DNA of 64,000 nt from an uncultured Candidatus Saccharibacteria bacterium (GCA_964510655.1 CAZEAY010000003.1:18924-82923); one strand, 5' to 3'; numbered from the stretch's first letter, positions 46,850-55,990 are shown. Numbers and translations are program-made. The notes: generated by a model not told the origin, from the letters alone.

Positions 46850-47299
46850 TTATTTTCTTACCTCTATTCTTCTCTGACCCTCATCGACAAATTCAAAATC
46901 AATTATTTTGGTATTGGTTGGTAATATTTCACCTATCCTCTCAGGCCACTCAACAACAATTAAATTTTCCGAATTACCAACAATTTCTTCCCAACCCAAT
47001 CTAAGCATTTCTTCAGTGGAATTTAAGCGATAACAATCGATATGCACTAATTTTTTAAACTTCTGATTGGGGTCGCAAGAATATATTTTTTCGATAACAA
47101 AAGTTGGACTGGTAATCTGTTCTTTAATTCCCAATTCCTGAGCTAAAAATTGGGTAAAGGTGGTTTTACCAGAACCTAAATCCCCCTTCAAAGCCAATAC
47201 TGTAGCAAAGTCAATGTTGGGCGACAAATCCTCTAAAATTTTTTTAGCGAGGAGTGAGACTTCAGACAGATTGTAGACATTTTTAGCAGAACTTTGCAT
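46850..47299 (-). CDS. tsaE: tRNA threonylcarbamoyladenosine biosynthesis ATPase TsaE
   Basis: L.GDLGSGKTTF, TSPTF, HID.YRL, VEWP. Confidence 0.96.
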   Translation of the reverse strand: MQSSAKNVYNLSEVSLLAKKILEDLSPNIDFATVLALKGDLGSGKTTFTQFLAQELGIKEQITSPTFVIEKIYSCDPNQKFKKLVHIDCYRLNSTEEMLRLGWEEIVGNSENLIVVEWPERIGEILPTNTKIIDFEFVDEGQRRIEVRK

Positions 47300-47343
47300 T
47301 TATATTCAATCTTAGCACAAAAGAAGGTTGGTAAAATAGATAT

Positions 47344-47380
47344 AAAAAAATACCCCGAAGCCGTAAACGACTTCGGGGTA
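47344..47380 (-). terminator. Terminator of orphan lipoprotein cassette
   Basis: A-run plus TACCCCGAAG...CTTCGGGGTA hairpin. Confidence 0.7.
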
Positions 47381-47405
47381 AAACATCAATAGTCAACTTT
47401 CTCAA

Positions 47406-47834
47406 CTAGAACCAGCTGCTATGCCGACGCTTGGACAGGAGGCGGGTCCAACTTTTAGCCTCCCGAGAGATGCTCTGGGCAGTCCTGAGGGCATCGCGCC
47501 CCTCCGACTGAGTCTGGCGACGCAAGGCAATCTCACGGCGAACCTCGCCGTCAAGCTCATGCTGAGTCTGGCGGCGATTCTCCCGATCATCGCGCGACCA
47601 CTCTCTGTCTGCGCGATCCATTTCGATGGCCTGACGATGTGCGTCACGGGACTGTTCCCGATAGCCAGCATACACAGCGGCCGCCTGACCCCGACGCGGA
47701 GTGGTGTTGACTGCCCAGTCAGCACCATTATCGGAAGGGACATAAACTCGGCGGGCGGTAGTCTGGGGGGCTGTAACGCACCCCGTAACCATCAACAAGA
47801 CAAAGAGAAGCAGGCAAACGACAAAATTCTTCAT
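47406..47834 (-). CDS. Orphan Arg-rich putative lipoprotein (SD-led cassette)
   Basis: MKN plus hydrophobic stretch plus VTG-C lipobox; GAGGT SD; TTGACT-17-TATAAT; 40/60 GC in 47461-47520. Confidence 0.65.
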   Translation of the reverse strand: MKNFVVCLLLFVLLMVTGCVTAPQTTARRVYVPSDNGADWAVNTTPRRGQAAAVYAGYREQSRDAHRQAIEMDRADREWSRDDRENRRQTQHELDGEVRREIALRRQTQSEGRDALRTAQSISREAKSWTRLLSKRRHSSWF

Positions 47835-48153
47835 GGTAAGGTACCTCGGTAGTAAATTTTAGGGGTGATTGGATTAACCAGCCCTATTTGTATTCTTCTT
47901 CTATTATAGCACTATTCATACAAAAAGTCAAGTATCAAGACATTTCCCTAAAATAAACCTTAAAATAAGGATATTTTACTAGTGGGCTAAACCTAGACCA
48001 CTTAGAGAAGGGAGTGCTTACAAAATTATCTCGAAGCAACATTTGCAGTCTTAAATCAGCGGTTTTCCGCTTTAGTGGATGCTTTATTCCAAAGTGTAAG
48101 ATTGAGGGTAATTTTGATTTATTCGTGGTTATTGGTATTATAATATAAAGCAT

Positions 48154-48420
48154 ATGGGAAACATAAAACTAGACAAAAACTATAATTTTATCGAGGATAA
48201 AAGTGTGTATAATGATGATTTTGTCGAGGCAGTTGATTTAATATCAAAAGCACAATCAGATAAGGTTATAACTGAGACCGAAGCAAACCTGCTCTTTAAG
48301 CTTGTCTTGAAAAAGGAATTTAAAAAAGAAACAAAAAAGATTGCACCCCCTACAACACAGACTCCAGAAGTTCATTCATTCTTTATGAATATGAAATCTA
48401 AGCAAATTAAACATGCTTAA
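48154..48420 (+). CDS. Hypothetical protein
   Basis: TATAAT 9 nt before ATG; overlaps the next ORF. Confidence 0.6.
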   Translation: MGNIKLDKNYNFIEDKSVYNDDFVEAVDLISKAQSDKVITETEANLLFKLVLKKEFKKETKKIAPPTTQTPEVHSFFMNMKSKQIKHA

Positions 48421-48778
48421 TGAAGAAACAAAAGAGGTGATGGCAACTAAACATCACCCTAAAGAGGAAAATACTCAAGAGATGAGTATTTTGATGCAAA
48501 AAGTGCTTGGGTCAGATAATGGTCCTGATTTTACCAAAGAACAGGTTGACGAAATACTTTCTCAAAAGAGAGAAATTACTGGATATATCCATGACGATAA
48601 AAAAATGGATTCTTGGGATAACAAATTTTATCTAGTAATAGTTCTTGTTTTTGTGCTTCTTTTTTCTTGTTTAGTTTTATGGAAAAAGCCCGAACTATTT
48701 AACGAAGTATTAAGTTTCTTAACGGGGGCATTTGGCGGAGGATTGGGTGGCTATGGCTTAGCATCAAAAAAGAAATAA
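48413..48778 (+). CDS. Hypothetical protein with two C-terminal TM segments
   Basis: TM segments with GxxGGGxGG; terminator CCGCC-TTCG-GGCGG plus T run at 48787-48810. Confidence 0.65.
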   Translation: MLNEETKEVMATKHHPKEENTQEMSILMQKVLGSDNGPDFTKEQVDEILSQKREITGYIHDDKKMDSWDNKFYLVIVLVFVLLFSCLVLWKKPELFNEVLSFLTGAFGGGLGGYGLASKKK

Positions 48779-48963
48779 ATGAAATTCCGCCTTCGGGCGG
48801 TTTTTTATTTACCCTCAATTATATCGTTAGGAGAGATATTTAGATATCCACTTCCCTCTTCTTTGTTTCCATGCAAGTAATGTGTTTAGGATATTAAATA
48901 ATTCTAATTTTCTCCCCTTTTTAATTTCTACTTTCCAATTTTTAATTATATAATTGATAGCGT

Positions 48964-50658
48964 ATGCTCACCTTCGACGAAGATAAACAAAATAAACGAG
49001 TCGATGAACTTCATCTTAAAGAAGCGGAAGGGTTGGCGCAAATGTTGTCACAAAAATACCGGCTACCCTACATTGATTTAACTAAATCTTCTATCAATAC
49101 CGATGCTTTGCGCTTGGTCCCCGAAGACGAAGCACGTTCGGCTGGCATTGCCCCCTTTAAACTACTGGGACGAAATGTTGATATTGCTATTATTACTCCC
49201 AACAACCCAATGATTGCTGATATTGTACGCACTCTTCAAGAAAATAAAGGTATCACCGCCCATCTTTATCTCGCCTCTCAAAGTAGTCTCGATCACGCCT
49301 GGGAACGCTACAAAGAAGCAGGAAAAAGTACTCAAACCGACGCGGGAGTCATTCAGATTTCCGACGAAGCCATTGCTAAATACCTATCAGAATTTAAAAC
49401 AATTGAAGATGTAAAAACAACTCTAGATAAAGAGATTGAAGAAAGTTTACAAATTGGTGGTATTTCAAACTTACTAGAAGTAATTCTTTCTGGCGCTCTT
49501 TCCACCAATGCCTCCGACATCCACATCGAACCAGAAGAGACAACCATCCGTCTTCGTTATCGCTTAGATGGCGTGCTTCACGACGTCGCTGATATTGATA
49601 GTCGTCTCTTCCGTCAAATTGCGGCTCGATTGAAATTAGTTTCCGGAATGAAACTAAATATTCAACAAGCAGCCCAAGATGGACGTTTCGCCATTAAAGT
49701 AGAAGGAACAGAAATAGAAATTCGTGCCTCTATTATCCCTGGTTCCTATGGCGAATCAGTAGTTATGCGTGTTCTTAATCCAAAAAGTATCAATGTGACT
49801 TTTGATAATCTTGGAGTAGATGAACAGCTTTATAAAATATTTGCCAAGGAAATTTCCCGACCAAACGGGATGATTCTTCTCACTGGTCCTACTGGATCTG
49901 GTAAAACAACCACCCTTTATTCTTTTCTTCGTAAAGTAAATTCCACCGAGTCAAAGATTATTACTATTGAAGATCCGATTGAATATCACTTGGAGGGAAT
50001 AAACCAGACTCAAGTAAATCGAACCAAGGGCTACACTTTCCTGTCCGGCTTGCGCGCTTCCCTGCGTCAGGACCCTGACATTATCATGGTGGGAGAAATC
50101 CGTGACTCTGAAACAGCTAAAATTGCCGTAAATGCGTCTTTGACTGGGCACTTGGTCTTTTCCACTCTTCACACCAACAACGCGGCTGGAGCAATTCCAC
50201 GCCTAATTGACCTGGGGGTGAATGCAAAAATCTTGACCTCGGCTCTAACCTTACCAATCGCCCAACGTCTAGTTCGTCGCTTATGCCCTGTCTGTAAAAA
50301 AGAAGATGTTCCAACTCCTGAAGAAAAAAGTTTAATTGACAACGTGGTTACCACTATTAAGAAAAAGAAACCGGAATTGGTTCTACCACAAACAGAAAAG
50401 GTTTGGCGACCAGTCGGCTGTGAGAAATGTAATAAAACTGGTTACAAAGGCCGGGTGGGTGTCTACGAAGCAATCGTTATGGATGACGCGGTCGCTAAGG
50501 TAACAATTGAAAATCCGAGTGAAAAAGAAATCAAAATTGCTGCCATTCCTCAAGGAATTTTGGATATGCGCCAAGATGGTATTCTGAAAATTTTGACAGG
50601 AATAACAGATATGTCAGAACTAGGTCGTGTGGTTGATTTAACAGAAGAGTTTATATAA
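48964..50658 (+). CDS. pilB: GspE/PilB family type IV pilus ATPase
   Basis: ASDIHIEP, RYRLDG, QDGRF, GPTGSGKTTTLY, EDPIEY, LRQDPD..MVGEIRD, STLHTN, CPVC/CEKC. Confidence 0.93.
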   Translation: MLTFDEDKQNKRVDELHLKEAEGLAQMLSQKYRLPYIDLTKSSINTDALRLVPEDEARSAGIAPFKLLGRNVDIAIITPNNPMIADIVRTLQENKGITAHLYLASQSSLDHAWERYKEAGKSTQTDAGVIQISDEAIAKYLSEFKTIEDVKTTLDKEIEESLQIGGISNLLEVILSGALSTNASDIHIEPEETTIRLRYRLDGVLHDVADIDSRLFRQIAARLKLVSGMKLNIQQAAQDGRFAIKVEGTEIEIRASIIPGSYGESVVMRVLNPKSINVTFDNLGVDEQLYKIFAKEISRPNGMILLTGPTGSGKTTTLYSFLRKVNSTESKIITIEDPIEYHLEGINQTQVNRTKGYTFLSGLRASLRQDPDIIMVGEIRDSETAKIAVNASLTGHLVFSTLHTNNAAGAIPRLIDLGVNAKILTSALTLPIAQRLVRRLCPVCKKEDVPTPEEKSLIDNVVTTIKKKKPELVLPQTEKVWRPVGCEKCNKTGYKGRVGVYEAIVMDDAVAKVTIENPSEKEIKIAAIPQGILDMRQDGILKILTGITDMSELGRVVDLTEEFI

Positions 50659-50746
50659 AGTGAAATAAGAAATAAGTATCGAAAAAATAAGAATAGATTC
50701 CCTTGCTCATTAAAAATTGAATTACCCTTTTCCCAGCCACACCCTC

Positions 50747-51190
50747 CTTAATTCTCTCATTCAGAAAATTTTTAACCCAAAAAGCTCGTTGGCTACTTAA
50801 TTTAGGAAATATCGCGCAGACCGACTGGTCGAGCGTAAGAATTTTCTAGCAAGAAAATATCTGTGTTTCCTAAATTAAGTAGCCAACGAGCTTCGCGAAC
50901 AAAAAAGTTTTTTGAACCGGAGAAATTAAGACCACAAACCTCTAAGCAATCCCTCAGGTCCTGCAACTTGAGTTAGAAATTCCCTCTAGGATAGTCCCAG
51001 TAGCGACTCGCAAGCGAGCCAACCAGGGCGTCCTGTTAAAAAAATCCGTAAAGCGTAAACGCTTTAATTGCTTAGAGGTTTATGTTCTTAATGAATGTTA
51101 AATTCACCTAAAACTTTTTCTGGAAACAAAAAAGTTTGCTTATTTGTTTCCCCAGAAGAAGCTTTTAGCAAACTAAGAGTATCTTAGCAT
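50747..51190. ncRNA. Highly structured ~450-nt intergenic region (candidate ncRNA or stacked palindromic elements)
   Basis: 28-bp perfect IR 50782-50809/50866-50893; 15-bp perfect IR 50936-50950/51067-51081; third stem 51108-51168; several internal hairpins; no ORF. Confidence 0.55.
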
Positions 51191-51202
51191 AAAAAGGTTT
51201 CT

Positions 51203-52240
51203 ATGTCAAGTCTAGACCCTATCACCAACAATGACGAGCCAAACAATGGCTTAGATGAACGTTTTTTGGACAAATCACTCCGTCCGACTGTTTGGGATGA
51301 ATATATTGGGCAAGAGAGCATTAAGGATAATCTAAAGATTTTAATTGGAGCAGCCGCTGGGCGCAAACACCCACCAGAACATCTTCTTTTTTATGGTCCA
51401 CCAGGATTAGGCAAGACTACTCTCGCTCATTTGATTGCCAAACAAATGAATGCTCAACTAAAAGTCACCTCTGGACCGGCCGTAGAAAAAGTTGGTGACC
51501 TAGCTTCAATCCTAACCAATCTTTCTGAAGGTGATATTTTATTTATCGATGAAATTCATCGCTTAAACAAAATGATTGAAGAGGTTTTGTATCCCGCCAT
51601 GGAATCTGGGGTTTTAAATATTATTATCGGCAAAGGCCCGGGCGCGCGCGTAATCCAATTAGATTTACCACCATTTACCTTAATCGCCGCCACCACTCGC
51701 GTAGCTCTCCTCTCTTCTCCACTGCGCTCACGATTTTCCGGCGGAACTCATCGTCTAGAATTTTATACCGAAGCCGAGATTAAAAAAATTATTCTGCGTT
51801 CAGCAAAAATATTACAAATTGAAATTAGCGATGAAGCCGCTCTAGAGATTGCTCGTCGTGCTCGTTTTACTCCCCGGATTGCGAATCAACTCCTTAAACG
51901 TTGTCGCGACTACGCTCAACTTAAAAACAGTTCGATTGATTTAAAAATTGTTAAAGAGGCTCTTAATATGCTCGGTATTGATGAGATTGGTCTAACCACC
52001 CAAGATCGAAAAATTCTGGATATAATTATTTCCAAATTTAACGGTGGGCCAGTGGGTTTGGGAACAGTCGCTACCGCCATGAGCGAAGAAGATGCCACCA
52101 TTGAAGAAGTAAATGAACCCTACTTGATCCAACTAGGTTTAATGGAACGAACTCCCCGCGGTCGAGTCGCCACCAAAAAAGCTTATGAACATTTAGGGTA
52201 TGATTTCCCTAAAAACAAACAGGAAAGTTTGAGTATTTAA
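51203..52240 (+). CDS. ruvB: Holliday junction branch migration helicase RuvB
   Basis: LRP....EYIGQ, GPPGLGKTTLA, FIDEIHRL, LYPAME, PLRSRF, EPYL...G...RTPRGR. Confidence 0.98.
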   Translation: MSSLDPITNNDEPNNGLDERFLDKSLRPTVWDEYIGQESIKDNLKILIGAAAGRKHPPEHLLFYGPPGLGKTTLAHLIAKQMNAQLKVTSGPAVEKVGDLASILTNLSEGDILFIDEIHRLNKMIEEVLYPAMESGVLNIIIGKGPGARVIQLDLPPFTLIAATTRVALLSSPLRSRFSGGTHRLEFYTEAEIKKIILRSAKILQIEISDEAALEIARRARFTPRIANQLLKRCRDYAQLKNSSIDLKIVKEALNMLGIDEIGLTTQDRKILDIIISKFNGGPVGLGTVATAMSEEDATIEEVNEPYLIQLGLMERTPRGRVATKKAYEHLGYDFPKNKQESLSI

Positions 52241-52284
52241 AAAAAAGAAACCCCTGGGCACATTTCTATGCACCAGGGGTTATT

Positions 52285-53916
52285 TCAAGCAATCGTCGCC
52301 CTCAAGACTTCATCCAATGAAGTTGTCCCGGCAAAAGCCTTAAGACAACCGCTCTGTCTCAGGGTTTTCATCCCCTGTTCGCAAGCGAGCTGTTTGATCG
52401 CATCTGTCGAATGACCGGCATGGATGAAAGTTTTGATTTTCTCATCGCAAACCAGGATTTCATGAATCGGGGTCACCCCCTGATATCCGTCATAACACGA
52501 CTGACAGCCCACTGGACCGCGAACTTGTTGCAAATAGTCGCCATCCTCCAAACCGAGATGTTTTACCATTTCAGTATTTGGCCGGCTAACTCTGGAACAA
52601 GCTTCGCAGAGTTTGCGAACTAATCGTTGGGCGATGATAACCTGAAGAGCATCGGCAATCATAAATCTGGGAATTCCCAAATCAACCAGACGAGAAACCG
52701 CCGACGGAGCATCGTTGGTATGCAGAGTTGAAAGGACTAGATGCCCAGTGAGAGCAGCCTGCAAAGCAACTCCAGCGGTTTCTGTATCTCGCATCTCTCC
52801 AATCATAATCACATCAGGGTTCTGCCTCAAGCAGGCCCGTAAGGAATTGGAGAAATTAAGCCCAGTTCTTTCGTTCGTCTGAGTCTGATTGATTCCCTTA
52901 ATTCGATACTCGATGGGATCCTCGATGGTGATGATCTTTTTATCACGCGTGTTCAGCTCATTAAGCAAGGCACACAACAGGGTTGTCTTGCCAGAACCCG
53001 TCGGTCCCGTCGCCAAGATCGCCCCATTAGGCTTTTGAATAAGGAGCCTTAACATTTCCACATCAGAGTCGCTCAATCCCATTTCACCCAATGTCTTTTG
53101 GGCATTCTTGGGATCAAGCAACCGAAGCGTCACCATCTCACCATATTGCGTCAAAAGAGTAGCGATCCGAATATCATAACTCTGATTACGGTATTCTACT
53201 CGAATGCTCCCATCTTGTGGATGACGACATTCTTCGATTTTCATTCCAGCCCGGCTCTTAAGGAAAGAGACCATACCGAGGAGCCAGCCCGATTTACAAG
53301 GAGGCTCAATGTCGCGCAGACACCCATCAATTCGATATCGAACCACCACACCGTCTTCCCATGGTTCGATACTGATATCTGAGGCACGCTCGCGAATTGC
53401 TCCACAAAGAATGGCCCCTACCAAGTGCTCATTCCCAACCACCTTCGGCAGAACACCTCCCTCTGGTAGGATAAGTTCTCCGGGACGCTCCCCAACAGGT
53501 GGAGGATTCTCGTTTGCTTTTACAATGACCTCCATCTGATTTCCCGCTTTGGAGTAAAACCTCTCAAGACAAATGAGAATATCTTTCTCCAAAGCGAGTA
53601 TCGGTTCGATTCCAACATCGCCAATCTCATAAGGAAGTCGATCTGTAAGCTCAAGGTTGCCCGGATCATTGGTGGCGACAGCCAAACGATTTGATTCGGA
53701 ATTGAACCTAATCGCCACGATACAATACTTCCGAGCAATCTCTTCAGGAATCATTTTGACCACAATCGGATCAAGCGATTCTGGTCTCAATTCCATTGGT
53801 TTGGGCAACAAGGATTGTTCAAAGGATGAAGAGATTGAGCCTGGATGAGCCGCATCTCCTATACGTTCCACATTCCTTGCCAATTGACCATCACCTCCAT
53901 TACCCGGTCGAGACAT
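52285..53916 (-). CDS. Second GspE/PilB family ATPase (SD-led, GC-richer)
   Basis: N-terminal IPEEIARKY...LAVA..DP domain, ASDISIEP, GPTGSGKTT, LRQNPD, STLHTNDA, CEAC/CQSC; GAGGAGG SD. Confidence 0.9.
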   Translation of the reverse strand: MSRPGNGGDGQLARNVERIGDAAHPGSISSSFEQSLLPKPMELRPESLDPIVVKMIPEEIARKYCIVAIRFNSESNRLAVATNDPGNLELTDRLPYEIGDVGIEPILALEKDILICLERFYSKAGNQMEVIVKANENPPPVGERPGELILPEGGVLPKVVGNEHLVGAILCGAIRERASDISIEPWEDGVVVRYRIDGCLRDIEPPCKSGWLLGMVSFLKSRAGMKIEECRHPQDGSIRVEYRNQSYDIRIATLLTQYGEMVTLRLLDPKNAQKTLGEMGLSDSDVEMLRLLIQKPNGAILATGPTGSGKTTLLCALLNELNTRDKKIITIEDPIEYRIKGINQTQTNERTGLNFSNSLRACLRQNPDVIMIGEMRDTETAGVALQAALTGHLVLSTLHTNDAPSAVSRLVDLGIPRFMIADALQVIIAQRLVRKLCEACSRVSRPNTEMVKHLGLEDGDYLQQVRGPVGCQSCYDGYQGVTPIHEILVCDEKIKTFIHAGHSTDAIKQLACEQGMKTLRQSGCLKAFAGTTSLDEVLRATIA

Positions 53917-54051
53917 TTACCTGCCCTCCTCACGAATTTAGGATTTTTATCCAAAAGTTATGGGTTTAATTTACTCTGTCAAATATCTATATTCATGACT
54001 AGTTTTTAAACTAATCTACTGCCTTGATACTGTCATTTGAAAGAAGATAAG

Positions 54052-54576
54052 TCAAACTATTTTTAAAGCAAAAATTATTCTTTCACAAATCTCAGCAGGA
54101 GTTAAGTGTGTGGAATCAATAACTAAATCAAAAGCAGTATCGGGCGCCAATTCGTTTATTCCGTAAAATTCTTGGTAACGCAGTTCACCATCGTGTTCAC
54201 GTCTGAGAGTTTTGGCTTCCGCTTCTGAAAAAGAAAGATTGTCTCGTGTTGCGACTCTAGTTATTCTCACTTGATCAGAGCAAATTATTTTCACTTTAAA
54301 AGAATCGGGAACAAAGTACCAACCAAGACGACTCTCTAAAACAAAATTATCATTTTCCTTCCCAAGTTTTTCTGTCGCCTGGTCTATCGCCTTATCATAT
54401 TCAGAATCGGCATTGCATAGCAATTCAAATTCATACAAAGAAAGGCCCAATTCAGAGGCCTTTTGTCTAAAAATATTTCCTGTTGAGACAAACTGGTAGC
54501 CCAGTTGTTCTGCCAGCAACCTGCCTAAAGTAGTTGTGCCCGTCCCCGCTAACCCAAAAATAGTTACTTTTGCCAT
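54052..54576 (-). CDS. cmk: Cytidylate kinase (archaeal-type)
   Basis: TIFGLAGTGTTT, S.G..FRQ.A...G, D..ID, ESRL, RY...YGI, DLVIDS. Confidence 0.85.
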   Translation of the reverse strand: MAKVTIFGLAGTGTTTLGRLLAEQLGYQFVSTGNIFRQKASELGLSLYEFELLCNADSEYDKAIDQATEKLGKENDNFVLESRLGWYFVPDSFKVKIICSDQVRITRVATRDNLSFSEAEAKTLRREHDGELRYQEFYGINELAPDTAFDLVIDSTHLTPAEICERIIFALKIV

Positions 54577-54651
54577 AATTAATCATAGCAGATTTTTGTT
54601 TCCTGACAATTTTTGACTTTCCCTAGTCTAATTCATATACTGGGGATAATC

Positions 54652-54953
54652 TTTATCCGCCAAAGTTTTTGCCAATGGCATTATGCAATACGTCTATGTA
54701 ATATACAGCAAAAGTGCTGGAGAGCTTTATACAGACTGTACAAATGATCTAAAGAAAAGACTTGCATTGAATAATGCCAGAAAAGTAAAATCAATAATGG
54801 GGAAAGTTCCATTCGAGCTCGTGTTTTATGAAGCATTTTCTAATAAACATGATGGGTTCGAACGAGAGCAATATTTAAAAACTGGATGGGGAAGAAATTA
54901 TATTAAAAAAGTCGCTCGAAATTATTTTATTGGCAAAAATTTAGGAGGATAAA
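54652..54953. mobile_element. IR-bounded mini-element carrying only a GIY-YIG gene
   Basis: TTTATCCGCCAAAGTTTTTGCCAAT (54652-54676) vs ATTGGCAAAAATTTAGGAGGATAAA (54929-54953): 22/25 inverted match. Confidence 0.7.
54683..54952 (+). CDS. Small GIY-YIG nuclease (degenerate motifs)
   Basis: YVYVI.S.....LYT(D)CT.DL..RL...N...ELVFYEAF.....RE.YLK.G.GR. Confidence 0.8.
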   Translation: MQYVYVIYSKSAGELYTDCTNDLKKRLALNNARKVKSIMGKVPFELVFYEAFSNKHDGFEREQYLKTGWGRNYIKKVARNYFIGKNLGG

Positions 54954-55489
54954 TGTCAGGACATAATAAATGGTCACAAATTAAAGTACAAAAAGGAAAG
55001 ACCGATGCTCAAAAAAGCAAAGTTTTTACTATGTATGCCAAAATCATTACGATGGAAGCTAAAAAAGCCAAGGGCGATAAAAATGCTCCAGGACTAAAAG
55101 CGGCTATCGAGCGAGCTAAATCATTTAACGTTCCCAATGATAATATCGACCGTGCGATTAAAAAAGGTGTTGGTTCAGAAAGTAACTCACTAGAGGAGGT
55201 TATTTATGAAGGCTATGGACCAGGTGGAGTAGCTTTCCTCCTGGAAGGAATCACTGACAACAAAAACCGCACGACTCAAGAAATAAAACACATTCTTTCG
55301 CGTAATGGCGGGAATTTAGGTCTCCAGGGTTCGGTGATGTGGGCGTTTCAAAAAACGGCTGACGGCTATGAAGCAATTTCTCCGATGGATATTTCCGAAA
55401 CAGACAAAGAAGCCGTTGAAAGACTTTATGTAGAACTTGAAGACTACGAAGACATCAAAAGCATTTTTACCAATGCTAATTTAGACTAA
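54953..55489 (+). CDS. yebC: YebC/PmpR family protein (short form)
   Basis: MSGHNKWSQIK, P.DNI.RAI, YEGYGPGG, TDNKNRT; upstream of ruvC. Confidence 0.95.
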   Translation: MSGHNKWSQIKVQKGKTDAQKSKVFTMYAKIITMEAKKAKGDKNAPGLKAAIERAKSFNVPNDNIDRAIKKGVGSESNSLEEVIYEGYGPGGVAFLLEGITDNKNRTTQEIKHILSRNGGNLGLQGSVMWAFQKTADGYEAISPMDISETDKEAVERLYVELEDYEDIKSIFTNANLD

Positions 55490-55504
55490 TTCTAAAATCA
55501 CACT

Positions 55505-55990
55505 ATGCGAGTTTTAGGTATTGATCCAGGTTACGACCGAATGGGAGTAGCGATAATCGAAAAACAAAACGGTCAAGAAGTAGTCCTCTTCTCTGGCTGT
55601 TTATCAACCAATCCCAAAGATGATTTTTGTGATCGTCTCCTCTCTTTAGGGTTGGATCTGGAAAAAATAATTAAAGACTGGAAACCAGACGCCTTATCAA
55701 CGGAAAAATTATTTATCACAACAAATCAAAAAACGGCGACAAATGTTGCCGAAGTAAGGGGTATGGTTGGTTATATTGCCCGAAAAGCTGGATTAACGGT
55801 CACCGAATACACACCCCTGCAGATAAAAATGGCCGTTAGCGGTTATGGCAAAGCGACTAAAGCTCAAGTAACCGATATGGTCAAAAAATTAGTAAAGTTA
55901 GATAAAAAAAATCGCCTTGATGATGAATATGACGCGATGGGTATTGCCCTCACCCACCTAGCTTGTGCTAAATATAACTCAATAAAATAA
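55505..55990 (+). CDS. ruvC: Holliday junction resolvase RuvC
   Basis: LGIDPG, E.LF...N, RG, EYTPLQIK..V.GYG.A.K.QV, DD..DA. Confidence 0.96.
   Translation: MRVLGIDPGYDRMGVAIIEKQNGQEVVLFSGCLSTNPKDDFCDRLLSLGLDLEKIIKDWKPDALSTEKLFITTNQKTATNVAEVRGMVGYIARKAGLTVTEYTPLQIKMAVSGYGKATKAQVTDMVKKLVKLDKKNRLDDEYDAMGIALTHLACAKYNSIK

Noticed and set aside
47402-47852. Triple overlapping ORFs at the lipoprotein locus
   Set aside because: Stop-poor GC-rich DNA; only 47406-47834 has an SD, a promoter and a signal peptide.
50747-51190. Identity as RNase P RNA, tmRNA, SRP RNA or CRISPR array
   Set aside because: No GAGGAAAGUCC-type RNase P core, no tRNA-like ends, no SRP loop, and no regularly spaced direct repeats seen on either strand.
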